NCBI GenBank assembly: GCA_950097015.1
Contig: CATNEN010000025.1
Location: 434,001 to 498,000, forward strand
DNA: 64,000 nucleotides
Direction of reading: 5' to 3'
From: Macrostomum hystrix
Lineage: Eukaryota; Animalia; Platyhelminthes
The notes under the pieces are model-generated. The model made no database searches and had not been told where the DNA came from. It was given only the letters and a program-made list of their open reading frames with translations. The translations under genes and the position numbers were made by a program. Below, piece by piece: positions 12,822 through 24,595 of the stretch (within the stretch, counting starts at the first letter, position 1; each line of letters opens with the position of its first letter).

Positions 12822-14570
12822 TTAGGATTGAATCTCTAGCGGGATCAACGCTTGAACTGGCCGCATCACCCGCTCCCAGCGTCGAGAATCCCCAGCACCG
12901 GCGACACGGAGACGAACTGAGCGGATGACACCATCACGACCAGGACGCACCTCCTCGACAACGCCTAACTTCCACTTCAACCGTGGCTGTCGGGCTTCGC
13001 CAGAGAGCAGGACCACCTCACCAATTCTAGTGGACGACCCTCAGGGCTATCCTTTTGAGCCTTTTCACGGAGAGCTTCTAGATACGACGTCTTCCATTGG
13101 TTCCAAAACCAATTAAGTGCGGCTCTAAGAATGTTCAATCGTTTTGGAAGTGACAGGACCGAGTTCGAATCACGGTCAATCTCCCCCAGTTCTTGACTAA
13201 GACGACTCGCAGCAATGAAGTGGGACGGGGTGATGACCTGCAAGGATTCATCCGCCTCCGAAGAAACGTACAGCAGCGGTCAACAGTTCACTACCGCTTC
13301 AATCTCCACGATGAGCGTAACTAACTGATCGTAGGAGAACAGTTGTCGACCTGCCGCCTTCTTGAGTGCAATCTTCACGACACCAATCAACCTCTCCCAA
13401 AAGCCTCCCCACCATGGGGCTCGCTCCGGTACGAAATGCCAGCTAATCTTCTTTAGAGAGCAGAACGCCTGCAACTCTTCAGAGAAGCATGCACCAACTA
13501 GTTTAGCTCCTGACCTAAATGTCCGCGCATTGTCACTATCCAGTGAGGGTATACCTCTTCGGGCCACAAAACGACGCAATGCATGCAGAAGCTGTTCGCT
13601 GTCCATGCTCGTGACAGATCGAGTTGCAGCGCAGGTGAATAGCAGGATGTATGACTTTTTGCACTCACTACCCTCCCCCCGTCCGATAGAATATCGGACC
13701 GGCATAGTCAAGACCTACGGTTTGAAATGCACGAACCGACGACAGACGGAAGGGTGGTAGCTGAGGAACTGCTCGCACAGAAAATGGTCGACCTTGATTC
13801 TTCTTACACACCACACACGCAGCTAGTAACTGTTTCACTCGCTGCCTCGCCTTAATCGTTCACGAATCTTGCAAATAGTAGCCTGTACTCCTAAATGCAT
13901 CACAGCCGCATGGCTATGCCTGACGATCAGAGTTTCAAACGGATGCTTGGAAGGAATAAGTACTGGGTTGTTGGATTCGAATGGCACTGCACCCTGTAGG
14001 CGACCAGCCGAGCGGACTAATTCAGTCGCATCGATAAATAGACGAAGGTCGCGAACCAACGGTGTACGAGGTCCAGACCCAGTCAGATAAGAAATTTCAT
14101 TTGACAAGGACTTGTTCTGCACTGCTCGCAGCAGGCAATGTTCTGCCTCGTGTAATTCTTCAGCCGTCAACGAGGACGTTCGCTCTACGGTGCGATGTGC
14201 CACAGCATCGCGTAGGATGGTGGCGAATCGAAGGACCCATCCGATTACTCGAGTGAGCTTGGTCCACGAAGAGCAATCAGAAATTCGAATTAAATTGAGG
14301 ACTGAAGGCTGAATAGATTCAGCGTTTTCTGCATCCGCCACTGACGCTGTTACGTTAGGCTCAGATGCACAGCAGATTGGTGCTGGAGACAATTTTTTGT
14401 CGTCGTACCTCCGAAGAAATTCTAGACCACTCAACCAAGTCGACTCACGAAGAATCTGCTCTGGCAAGCAGCCACGTGAGGGCAGATCGGCGGGATTAGC
14501 CTCTCCGGAAACATGCTGCCATTCGGTAACCTTAGTCAAGCGCCGGATTTCATTTACGCGATTCTGTATG
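12822..14570 (-). pseudogene. BEL/Pao pol remnant (RNase H end, integrase, C-terminal DUF5641-type domain); frameshifted and 5'-truncated
   Basis: WQHVSGEANPADLPSRG; H..VMHLG zinc finger; GLDYAGP / SDNARTF / APWWGGFWERLIGVVK catalytic D,D,E; FWNQWKTSYLEALRE; WKLGVVEEVRPGRDGVIRSVRLR, spread over several frames. Confidence 0.93.
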
Positions 14571-14574
14571 AAGA

Positions 14575-15185
14575 CTCACAATGTTCATAGCAGTCCATCA
14601 CAATGTTCATAGCAGTCCTTCACAATGTTCATAGCAGTCCATCACAATGTTCATAGCAGTCCTTCACAATGTTCATAGCAGTCCATCACAATGTTCATAG
14701 CAGTCTATCACAATGTTCATAGCAGTCCTTCACAATGTTCATAGCAGTCCATCACAATGTTCATAGCAGTCCCTCTGCACAATGTTCATAGCAGTCCGTC
14801 CCAATGTTCATAGCAGTCCGTCCCATGCAATGTTCATAGCAGTCCGTCACAATGTCCATAGCAGTCCGTCACAATGTCCATAGCAGTCCATCACAATGTT
14901 CATAGCAGTCTATCACAATGTTCATAGCAGTCCTTCACAATGTTCATAGCAGTCCATCACAATGTTCATAGCAGTCCCTCTGCACAATGTTCATAGCAGT
15001 CCGTCCCAATGTTCATAGCAGTCCGTCCCATGCAATGTTCATAGCAGTCCGTCACAATGTCCATAGCAGTCCGTCACAATGTCCATAGCAGTCCGTCACA
15101 ATGTCCATAGCAGTCCGTCACAATGTTCACAGCAGTCCGTCCCAATGTCCATAGCAGTCCGTCACAATGCTCATAGCAGTCTGTC
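14575..15185. repeat. 22-bp minisatellite, ~27 copies
   Basis: Unit CACAATGTTCATAGCAGTCCAT; one more unit at 12110-12131. Confidence 0.96.
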
Positions 15186-15519
15186 CGTAAGCAACTATAC
15201 ATAAGCAGCTTTTTGGTTACCAGACTAACTATGCCTTACAAACAGGATTCAAATTAGATGACAGAAACTGAATTGATCGAACTGCGCAAATCTGAGGCCT
15301 TTCAAGCAGCAGTGCTTCACCTGATTAGATGGACTAGAGCATGCTCAACTGGAACTGTGTTGAATTTTGGCTAATTTAATTAAGATAGTCTTCAACTTGC
15401 ACGTGAGCATTCCGTAACTTGATAAGAAACATTTGTTTTTTGGTAACTTAATTTTCAAGCGTAACCGTTCATTTTGCTTTTTCAGTTGCTTCGTCTGTTT
15501 AAGGATTGGTCCACTGTGG

Positions 15520-16185
15520 AGTGTCAGGTGGAAGATTTTTATGGTACGTAGATTGTCTGGTGGAAGATTGTTATGGTACGTAGATTGTCAGATGGAAGAT
15601 GGTACGCAGATTGTCAGGTGGAAGATTGTTATGGTACACAGATTGTCAGGTGGAAGATTGTTATGGTACACAGATTGTCAGGTGGAAGATTGTTATGGTA
15701 CGCAGATTGTCAGATGGAAGATTGTTATGGTACGCAGATTGTCAGATGGAAGATTGTTATGGTACGCAGATTGTCGTATGGAAGATTGTTATGGTACGCA
15801 GATTGTCAGGTGGAAGATTGTTATGGTACACAGATTGTCAGGTGGAAGATTGTTATGGTACGCAGATTGTCAGATGGAAGATTGTTATGGTACGCAGATT
15901 GTCAGATGGAAGATTGTTATGGTACGCAGATTGTCAGATGGAAGATTGTTATGGTACGCAGATTGTCGTATGGAAGATTGTTATGGTACGCAGATTGTCA
16001 GGTGGAAGATTGTTATGGTACGTAGATTGTCAGATGGAAGATTGTTATGGTACGTAGATTGTCAGATGGAAGATTGTTATGGTACGTATTGTCAGATGGA
16101 AGATTGTTATGGTACGCAGATTGTCAGATGGAAGATTGTTATGGTACGCAGATTGTCAGGTGGAAGATTCTCATGGTACGTAGAT
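15520..16185. repeat. 32-bp minisatellite, ~20 copies
   Basis: Unit GATTGTCAGATGGAAGATTGTTATGGTACGCA. Confidence 0.96.
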
Positions 16186-16275
16186 CGTCGGCATGGCTAG
16201 GCTACTGACAACATCCTTTTTTATTTTATGAAAACGAGCATGTTTGAATTAAATAATCATTTTCCTTAAGAAGCC

Positions 16276-17860
16276 TTAAGTTTCCTTATAAAAGTCCGTC
16301 TGCTTCACTGTGCCGCCAAATCGTGTGGCATTAGGTTTAGCATCAGTCGTAGGGACAGTATTCTCACTCTCGGTCTGTCTGGTTCTCGGAGCATCCATTG
16401 TCCGTGGCTCTGTATCCAGTCTCAACAGTATGTGTTCCAAACCGGGTGTAGTTTGGCTTACGTATTCCTCGCAGCCAGAAATCTTCTGTTCCATCGAAAT
16501 GTTCGTCCTCCAGCAGTTCGCACTGTGTAGGACCTTTCTGGGTCTGTTTCATTAGGCGTGATCACCTCGGCAGGAACCTATTGTCTCGTATTCTCGTACA
16601 TCCAGATTTGATCTCCTTTACTCAATGGCTTAAGTGTTCGTGCATTCTTATTGTTCCATTGTTCCATTCTTATTCAATTCATTCGAATACGAGACGGAGA
16701 CGGCCCCGGGACCGCGCTCCCGAAGTGCCGTCAGTTCGTCTATCTCGGGGGACTGGTGCCTGACGTGGGCGACGACCTGGCGAGACGGCGCGGCTAGGCC
16801 TGGGCCGCCTTCTGTTCTGTGCGGGCGGTGCTGCTTTCCGAGGCCCTGTCTTCTTTGACGTTGAAGAGGTCCGTGCCGCATTCTTGGAATGGATATTCCG
16901 GCACTTCAAAATCTATCTTTCTGTGGCAGTGCTTTAGAATTTGGTCCTTTAATATGTTGCACACGTTGTCTGCTTTTGTATGGTGATGGATCTCAGTCAG
17001 CAAGGTCTCAGGAAGACAGACTCACTGTACTCCCTGAACTTAGCACTTATCAATGTCGCTTGATGAATGGCCAGTTTCCAGATAGGCACGGCTTAATGTG
17101 TCAGCTAATTGTAGGTCTTTTCCAGGTACGTATGTGACATGCAAGTCGAATTCCTGGATCTTCGACTCGACCGTCCTGTATTAGGGCTGCACCAAGACCA
17201 TCCTTACTGGCATCAACAGACAGAGTGATAGCTTTATCCGGATTGAATAGTGCCAACACTGGTGCCTTGCAAAGAGAGTCATTGATGGCTTCGTATGCTT
17301 CTTGCTGCTTTGGTGTCCATCTTCATTCAGTGTCTTTCTTCAGCAGCTGTCTGAGTGGATAGGCCAATTCGGAGAAATTCGGAAGCGCGATAGAAAGTTT
17401 GCGCTGCCAATAAAACGCTGCAGTTGGGCTACCTTCTCTGTGTCTTTGTTGGGTTTGCGGTTGCACTTTTATGCTTTAGACCTCGTTTACATTCTACTCG
17501 TATGTTATCTTACTCCCTTTCTCTCGTGCGCTGTCTCACTCTAGCAGTGTTTACTCACCGCATATGCACCTGCGTGTCAGCGCATGTTTTAGCCCTCAAC
17601 CTATCAAATCGTTTCAATAATCAATATACATTCATCGACCAGTCTGTGCATAATAAATAGATCGCAAGTTTTGGCTCTGGCCCTCAACAGTTCGTTTGTC
17701 AGCTAACATGACCTGACTAGAGTTTTCAGCTTACTGCAGTCTTCTTTGAAAGAATCGGGGTGGGGCATCTCCTTTATGTTTCGGCACTTCTCTGGATCCA
17801 ACTTCACTCTACCACTGGTGATGATGTGCCCAAGAAACTTCAATTCCGTCTTGTAGTTAG
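16276..17860 (-). pseudogene. Ty3/Gypsy pol remnant, heavily deleted, with two nested insertions
   Basis: KFLGHIITSGRVKLDPEKCRNIKEMPHP (17750-17860); LQRFIGSANFLSRF; LALFNPDKAITLSVDASKDGLGAAL; YVPGKDLQLADTLSR; PEYPFQECGTDLF; C-terminal TRFGGTVK. Confidence 0.88.
16684..16860 (+). mobile_element. Non-LTR (LINE, RTE-like) reverse transcriptase fragment nested antisense in the Gypsy remnant
   Basis: LPKCRQFVYLGGLVPDVGDDLARRRG*AWAAFCSVRAVL matches the F.YLG...R...AWAAF motif at the C-terminal end of LINE RTs; internal stop. Confidence 0.7.
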
Positions 17861-18288
17861 CAGAGTTTGCTACGTGACTCGTTATTTCATCCTCGATACG
17901 AGTGGTTTATGCCAGCCTACGAAGATGCACTATTCATACACACAGACTTTAACAGCACGTAGATTCCGTTAAAGTCCGTAGCGCCAGGTAGGAGATTGTT
18001 AAAAGAAGCTTTCTAGTTTCAAGCTTAGAAGTTTTGTTTAGAAGTCTAGTTTCTACAGCAGGTGCATGGAGCATTCTATAAATAAATCCTTCAGCCAGCA
18101 TAGTCGAATATGAGCTTATAATGATTGCTTGAGCAAGTCTTCCTAGACTTCAAAGCCAGCAGCCTCAGCTAACAGCGTGGATGCTTTTGCGTGACACTGT
18201 CAGAAGCAGTTGCCTGACAACTCTGAAATGATAACTGCATCGTGTTGCTAACATTGCACTAATCATCCAATCAGTCCGTCGTGTCGCG

Positions 18289-18320
18289 GCTCAGCCAATG
18301 GGAGCTCAGCCAATGGGAGC
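18289..18320 (+). promoter_or_regulatory. Tandem CCAAT boxes upstream of DEG/ENaC
   Basis: CTCAGCCAATGGGAGC twice, ~115-145 nt before the ATG; function unproven. Confidence 0.3.
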
Positions 18321-18433
18321 TCGCGGATGTTAGAAATTCCCTCCTGCTGCGCGTTCTACAAGGTATTCCCCCGCGCGCGGCCCGTTTTGAAGGCAGAGCA
18401 GCGCTCACAGTCGCAGCAGACACTCCGACAGCC

Positions 18434-19228
18434 ATGTCCCTTCGCCAGAGACAAACGCAGCCAGACGGTCGGGATCAGCAGCGCGAAATTCGGCGCGTCA
18501 CCGTCACAGGAGACGAATTGCGCCGGGAGTTTGTCCGCTTCTGCCAGAACTCCACCATCCGCGGACTGCCACGCATCGTCAAGTCCGAGTCACGCCGGAT
18601 TCGCACGCTCTGGCTAATCTCCGTGCTTGCCCTGTTCATCAGCTGTCTGCTCTGCCTCACCTTCCTAGTCAACCAGTTCGTCGAGTATGATGTAATGCAC
18701 CCGCCGAGGGTGATCAAGGACGCAAGCTCGCCTTTTCCTTCGCTGACCATTTGCAACATGAGACCGCTGTCCACTCCAGGCAAGGCTCTGCTGAAGCAGA
18801 AGGGCTGGAAGAATCCCAGACAGTTCTCGCGATCGCTTGAGAACCTGACTAGGCAGCTCTACTTTGACAATGAGGCCACCAGGGGCATCTATTACAGCTT
18901 CTCCGGCTCGTTCGGCCTGGCCGCTTTCCTAGAAAGCCTGCCACGCAATGAGAGCTTGAACCTCGGACATCAGCTGCAAGACTTCGTGCTGGACTGTCGG
19001 GCTGTGCTAAGAAACGGTAGCGCCAGGAACCAGTTCTTCTGCTCGAAGGATTACGGCCAAGTCTACGCTGGGACATTCCACGCATTCAGGCACGCCAGTT
19101 TTCTGAACTGCTTCACTCTGGACCTGGACGAGGCGGTGCGCAATGACACTACTCTGGTGGAGATGTCAGTCTACCTGGACAACGAGTGGGGCCCGGACAA
19201 CTTCGAGTGCGTCGACTGCTACCTGCAG
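18434..19228 (+). CDS. DEG/ENaC family channel, exon 1 of 3 (617 aa total)
   Basis: MSLRQRQ..FCQNSTIRGLPRIV..TM1 LWLISVLALFISCLLCL..FPSLTICNMRP..FLNCFTL; donor CAG|GTGAGG, phase 0. Confidence 0.92.
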
Positions 19229-19624
19229 GTGAGGCTGAGAGGTTCGCTCGGCAGGGAGTCCACTGCAGCAGCTGCAGAATGCTCATAATTTAAGCAAACT
19301 AAAGTTGCTGTATAGTAGGAATCTTTAAGAAGGCACAGGCGCATTATACACGGACAGACACAGGAAGTGCTTGTATAGGGCACGAGTACATCTTCCCTGA
19401 CCTTCTCACATCGTCAGAGTCTGTCGCACAAAGATATACTGAAATTAATGGCATTGAAAAAAACAAGTATAACACTAGGAATAAGTATGGAGTGATAATT
19501 GACCATTTTAGCTGCACTGCTTGCGTTTGATTTAAGCCTTAGCGACCATTCAAGAAAGCTAGAGCCAAGACATAATACATTAGATTAAGGGTGAGTTGAC
19601 TCAGAATTAACTTAAAATACAGTC

Positions 19625-19812
19625 GAATACCCGCCCAGGACATCAACACGCCGCTCTCAGGCGCCATTCTGACCACCCACCCCAACTCAACGAATACCCG
19701 CCCAGGACATCAACACACAGCTCTCAGGCACCATTCTCACCACCCACCCCAACTCAACGAATACCCGCCCAGGACATCAACACGCAGCTCTCAGGCGCCA
19801 TTCTGACCATCC
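19625..19812 (+). repeat. 67-bp triplication spanning the intron 1 / exon 2 junction
   Basis: GAATACCCGCCCAG|GACATCAAC starts at 19625, 19692 and 19759. Confidence 0.93.
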
Positions 19813-20423
19813 ACGACGGGGACACCTTTCCGGACGTTAATCACGACGCTGTCCACCTGAAGTCCGGCTCCCTCACCGAGGTGAAAATCAAGAACGTGCT
19901 CAACGTTCAAAAGCGTCCACCGTACGGCCGCTGCTCCGCTGACACGCCTAAATCGCTCGACCTGTTCGCCAGGCGCTACAAGTACAGCGAAGGCGCCTGC
20001 CGACAGGCCACCATCCAGCGGGACATTCGGGACACTTGCGGCTGCCAGGCGGCCGAATATCCCCAGATTGGCGAGACCTCCGAGGTTCGATTCTGCACCG
20101 GCCTGCCGGAGTTCCTGTCAGCCAATGCCTGCTCCGATGACACCGACGACCTGGCCGCCTGTCGAGCTGCACTAGAGCAGGCTCACCAGCTCATCCTCTG
20201 CAAGCAGGCCGTCATCTCCAAGTACTCCAAGGACGTTGTGGATAGTTGCACCCTACCCTGCTCATTCTACAGCTACCAAACTGAGCGGTCCACTTCTGAT
20301 TGGCCGACGAAATCCTGGCAGCTGCAGCTGCTGCAGAGCAGGGTGTTCCGCCGGCTGCGGCTCAGAAAAGAAATGGCTGTGTACGACAGCGCCCTAGATC
20401 TGGCCCGAACTGGTGACGAGAAG
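19773..20423 (+). CDS. DEG/ENaC channel, exon 2
   Basis: DINTQLSGAILTIH..Cys-rich thumb (PPYGRC, YSEGACRQATIQRDIRDTCGC, CTLPC)..WPT; CAG| acceptor and AAG|GTGCGT donor, both phase 0. Confidence 0.9.
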
Positions 20424-21083
20424 GTGCGTGCACGAATACGAGAGGCGGGTAGAGATGACTGTCACATTTCCCCATGTGTCCAGAGGTTAAGCGGAATGGG
20501 CAAGATTGAATCTTCAAATCATGAGTCAGAGCCAACGACCCGAACTGACTGGGCTAGCATGATCAATTAGGCTCTGTCAAACATGGATTGACTGAATCAC
20601 AAGACAAAATCCAGGCATCAGACAGAAACTAAACAAAAAACAGCAACAGGGCAAAATAATTCATTGTGAGTGAATTTTAACTACAGGCGCGAGCGTAAAG
20701 AGAATACCTTCCAGATGAATTTTTCAACCAAACCCTATCTTGAGAAATGGAAAATGTACTCACACGTACATTCAAGTAGGTGTGTCAGTGCATATCAACT
20801 GTCTCAATATAAATAAAGGCTTTCACTTGGAATCAGGTATATTTTTTTAATTCCGCATGGTAAAGCTGAAACTGGAATTATCATTTCCAGTTGAGCTGCG
20901 ACTGGAAACAATGATAATTTCTATAGATAGTTTTCATGATAAAAATTTAGCTCGTTTACCAGTCACTCGAAAATCTTCTAAAAATACACTTTCGTAACAA
21001 TTCATGTTGACAATAGAAGAATTGACAGAGAGTTACGGCTGGCTTCTCTCGATCAAAAGTACATGTCAAACCCCGAACTTCAG

Positions 21084-21491
21084 GGCGCTTACGCGATGCT
21101 GAAGAATGTTAATCTGCTTGAACGAAACCTGCTGTCGATTCAGCTGATTCGGCCAAGCTTCGATTTGCACAAAGTCGCCGAGAAGGAGGTCTTGTCGTTG
21201 ACCTCATTTCTCAGCCAGGTTGGCGGCCTGTTCTCAATATTCATCGGCCTGACCATGATCTCGGTGGTAGAACTGATCGACTTCTGCATCCACTGCTACG
21301 ATGTATGCGCACTCAGGCGGCGGCAGACCAGCCTAGATGAGGCTTCCACAGCTGCCACCGCGGCACAGTCGGGCCTGCTTGGCGACAGCCTGCTAGGGGA
21401 TCTGCCCCAACTGGGCGACCGCAGCCCGGTAGACGCCGCTGGTAATGCCTACTGCGTCTGGGAGAAGAGCGACGGAGTCGACGGCGTTTGA
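21084..21491 (+). CDS. DEG/ENaC channel, exon 3 (TM2 and C-terminus)
   Basis: TTCAG|GGC phase 0; NLLSIQL..LTSFLSQVGGLFSIFIGLTMISVVELIDF; TGA at 21491. Confidence 0.9.
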   Translation, partial: GAYAMLKNVNLLERNLLSIQLIRPSFDLHKVAEKEVLSLTSFLSQVGGLFSIFIGLTMISVVELIDFCIHCYDVCALRRRQTSLDEASTAATAAQSGLLGDSLLGDLPQLGDRSPVDAAGNAYCVWEKSDGVDGV

Positions 21492-21597
21492 CTCGGCGTT
21501 TGAGCAACAGGGTGTTTGAGCACAAACCGAGGGGAGTTCATCTTGCCGATTTTGAATTGAGTGCTTTTTTGTCTCTTATTGTCTCTCTCCCCAAGAG

Positions 21598-21826
21598 GTG
21601 GAAGCCTTTGTGGTTAGAGCGTTGGACTCACGACTTGAAGGTCGGGGGATCGATTCCCAACTCAGCTGAAACATTTGTGTCCTTTAGCAAGACACTTAAC
21701 TCTACATTGCTTCAGTTCACCCAGCTGTTTTATGGGTACCAGAATTAGCTGGGGTAATTCAGGGTGGGTGTGGCGTCCCCCCAGTCCATGGACTGAACAG
21801 CCATACGCAGTGTTCAGATTATTATA
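21598..21826 (+). mobile_element. tRNA-derived CORE-SINE, family B
   Basis: tRNA-like head (GGTTAGAGCG .. GATCGATTCCC) then GTGTCCTTTAGCAAGACACTTAACTCT..CTTCAGTTCACCCAGCTGTTTTATGGG resembling the MIR core; short (TTA) tail. Confidence 0.8.
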
Positions 21827-22865
21827 TGAAACTATTTTTGCAACAACCCGAGTTGGATAATCACGCCCATAATTTCTGATTCTTCCCTTTCGGAAAAATC
21901 ACGAACTCTGAGATTTGGGCTGTACAGTCTGAGGGGCATGAATAGACCATTTGTTACATTTTTTTCATTTTTAACTTAGTTAAAAGTAGAAAGTGTACTA
22001 TTTTTTTCATTAGCGGTTAATCCATTACGGAGGATGTACTCCGGGAAATATATAAAAGAAAATTAGTTATCCGAAAACTCTACTATTTAAAAGAAACACA
22101 GACGAGGCAGAAATTCAATAAAATTCTGGATTGTAGACAAGCACTGATGGACTTTTAATAATCAACATGGCGGATTCACGCAGGGTGGACTGCTGACTAG
22201 GTCAGGGCCACACATCTTTAATTAACTCGAGAAGATAGTTAAAAATTCGCAGATCTTGTAAAATGTTGCAACCGTAGACGTAGACCATTGCGTGTGCAGA
22301 GAACATTTTGAAAAATTCTTCCCTTTTTATCGTACGAAAAAGTTTTTGGCTTCACTCTAATCTATACTTAGAAGATGGTGGACTCATCGAACTCACCTGA
22401 TGACTTGTGCGTTACTACATTGTTGCTGCACTGTATTCGTAGTTTATTTTATCACCATTCACCGTAACGTCATAACGGCTGTTATCCAAGCAAACGTATC
22501 TACAGTGACTGTTACTTCGGACTCAAAATATAGAGGTCTGGAGTTCGATTCTCAGTTCATGGGGGATTTTCGAACTTGAGCAAATCACTTTATTTACCAA
22601 TTCATAGCATTTGAATGCGCCGTGAAGTGTCCCTGGCTGTGTACATATGGTCCAACTGGGTTAGATGTACATTTCAATCATATTTAAACAGATAGTCTAT
22701 GGCTGTTATTTAATTGGCCTGGCAAGCCTAGCACTTCACGGTCATAGAAAGAGGGTTCAAGCCAAACGCCCGTTTTTTCGGACAAGACCGACTGTCCCAC
22801 GAATGCAGATAGTTTTTCTTAAAGTATAGTGCATCAGAATTGCCAATCTGCCCAATTAATCCGTA

Positions 22866-23176
22866 AAATGGTAGATTTATGCTAGGCTTCCGAGTGCCAT
22901 AGACTATTTACGCACTAGGAAGCCTAGCATAAGTGCATTGATTTATGACCAAGTGTGTGTGCGCAAGACCAGCTCCTTCGGCCCATAGACAATACCCGTC
23001 TGGGATTTACTGCATAGTAGCTCAGAAGAGGGATGGCACGGAGATCAAGTAGCAGCACATTTACCGCACAGTTGCGGGATTTACTGCACACTTCAATCTA
23101 TTTCTTTGATGGCCTTTGGGCCATAAACTATACACGAGCTTGAGACGTTTACGCACACTTGGTTATATGTCAATGT
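22866..23176 (+). repeat. Dispersed ~310-bp repeat with terminal hairpin; inverted copy at 57547-57895
   Basis: Near-identical to the reverse complement of 57547-57895. Confidence 0.9.
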
Positions 23177-24057
23177 GGGTTTGTCGTGGAGTTGTCTCTC
23201 CAGTTTCTGAATTCAGACCTCCGTGCCCCCCAAAACGTCTATGGCCTTTCAGCCGGCTAATGAATGGCTGAGGCGCAGTACATTATTACATGCTTAGATT
23301 TATTAAATTTCATTCATCTCATTCGCACAGCTTGTCTATGACCAAAGCATGCCAGCAAAGCTTGAAGCTCGTAGCTTGTTATTCAAGTTATTCAATTATT
23401 GATCAAGCCCGTCTTGAAGACAGCGACCAACAGTTATTCGCATATTTCTGGCATAAAATCTCGCATTACATTTATTCACTAAGCAAACTATAATGTATAC
23501 CATAGTAGATCTGGGAGTTTTAATTCATACGAGGTTTGATCGTTCAGGCCAGTTGTTCAAACTTAGCCCTAAAATGGGTTGCTGAGAGATTCAAGCAAGC
23601 CGCTATATTTGAGCCAATCCACTATACATACTGCGATCTCAATTTGCAGAAAACTCACCGCTTAACTATAAAATCACATTGCATGAGATCTCTTGAATTG
23701 AAGTGTTTAGCTGTTTTTCTATCTCGAGGTTCATATTTTTTCCTTCATCTAACGAGATCTCTCGCAGCGAACAAATAAACTGCCGCCTAGGAGACGCTCA
23801 TTGAGAAATGTCTCACTGAAAAAAACCTTCAATAAAAATGCATTTGAATCTTCATTTTCAAACCTATATATGTGCTGCAATGGATCCATGAAAATGGTAA
23901 AACTCAAGTGCTTTCGGAGCATATTTTGATTCACTTTTTTGAGAAGCCGCAGGAAAATGCATAAGTAATTCTAGGACAGCACATTGCACACTAAACTGTG
24001 CATGTATACTTTATCATTCAGAAACACAGATTTTTTATTACATCTACACTTCGTCTT

Positions 24058-24595
24058 ATCTGCATCCCAAGCCCTTCGTTGCGTCTGTATTATCCCAAGC
24101 CCTTCGTTGCATCTGTATTATCCCAAGCCCTTCGTTGCGTCTGTATTATCCCAAGCCCTTCGTTGCATCTGTATTATCCCAAGCCCTTCGTCGCATCTGT
24201 ATTATCCCAAGCCCTTCGTTGCGTCTGTATTATCCCAAGCCCTTCGTTGCGTCTGTATTATCCCAAGCCCTTCGTTGCATCTGTATTATCCCAAGCCCTT
24301 CGTCGCATCTGTATTATCCCAAGCCCTTCGTTGCGTCTGTATTATCCCAAGCCCTTCGTTGCGTCTGTATTATCCCAAGCCCTTCGTCGCATCTGTATTA
24401 TCCCAAGCCCTTCGTTGCATCTGTATTATCCCAAGCCCTTCGTTGCATCTGTATTATCCCAAGCCCTTCGTTGCATCTGTATTATCCCAAGCCCTTCGTT
24501 GCATCTGTATTATCCCAAACCCTTCGTTGCGTCTGTATTATCCCAAACCCTTCGTTGCATCTGTATTATCCCAAGCCCTTCGTTGCGTCTGCATT
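24058..24595. repeat. 28-bp minisatellite, ~19 copies
   Basis: Unit TCCCAAGCCCTTCGTTGCGTCTGTATTA. Confidence 0.96.

Noticed and set aside
15433-16200. Repeat ORFs here and at 1960, 5762, 9008, 23984, 51690, 56107 and 63359
   Set aside because: All coincide with tandem arrays and are open in several frames, which is the signature of repeat artefacts.
18281-18433. ORF-track N-terminal extension of DEG/ENaC, and read-through tails at 19229-19288 and 20424-20570
   Set aside because: GTG start upstream of a good ATG; the tails follow consensus donors and are intronic.
21598-21670. Apparent tRNA genes at SINE heads (also 6470-6537, 52303-52355)
   Set aside because: No complete cloverleaf or acceptor stem; they continue into SINE bodies.
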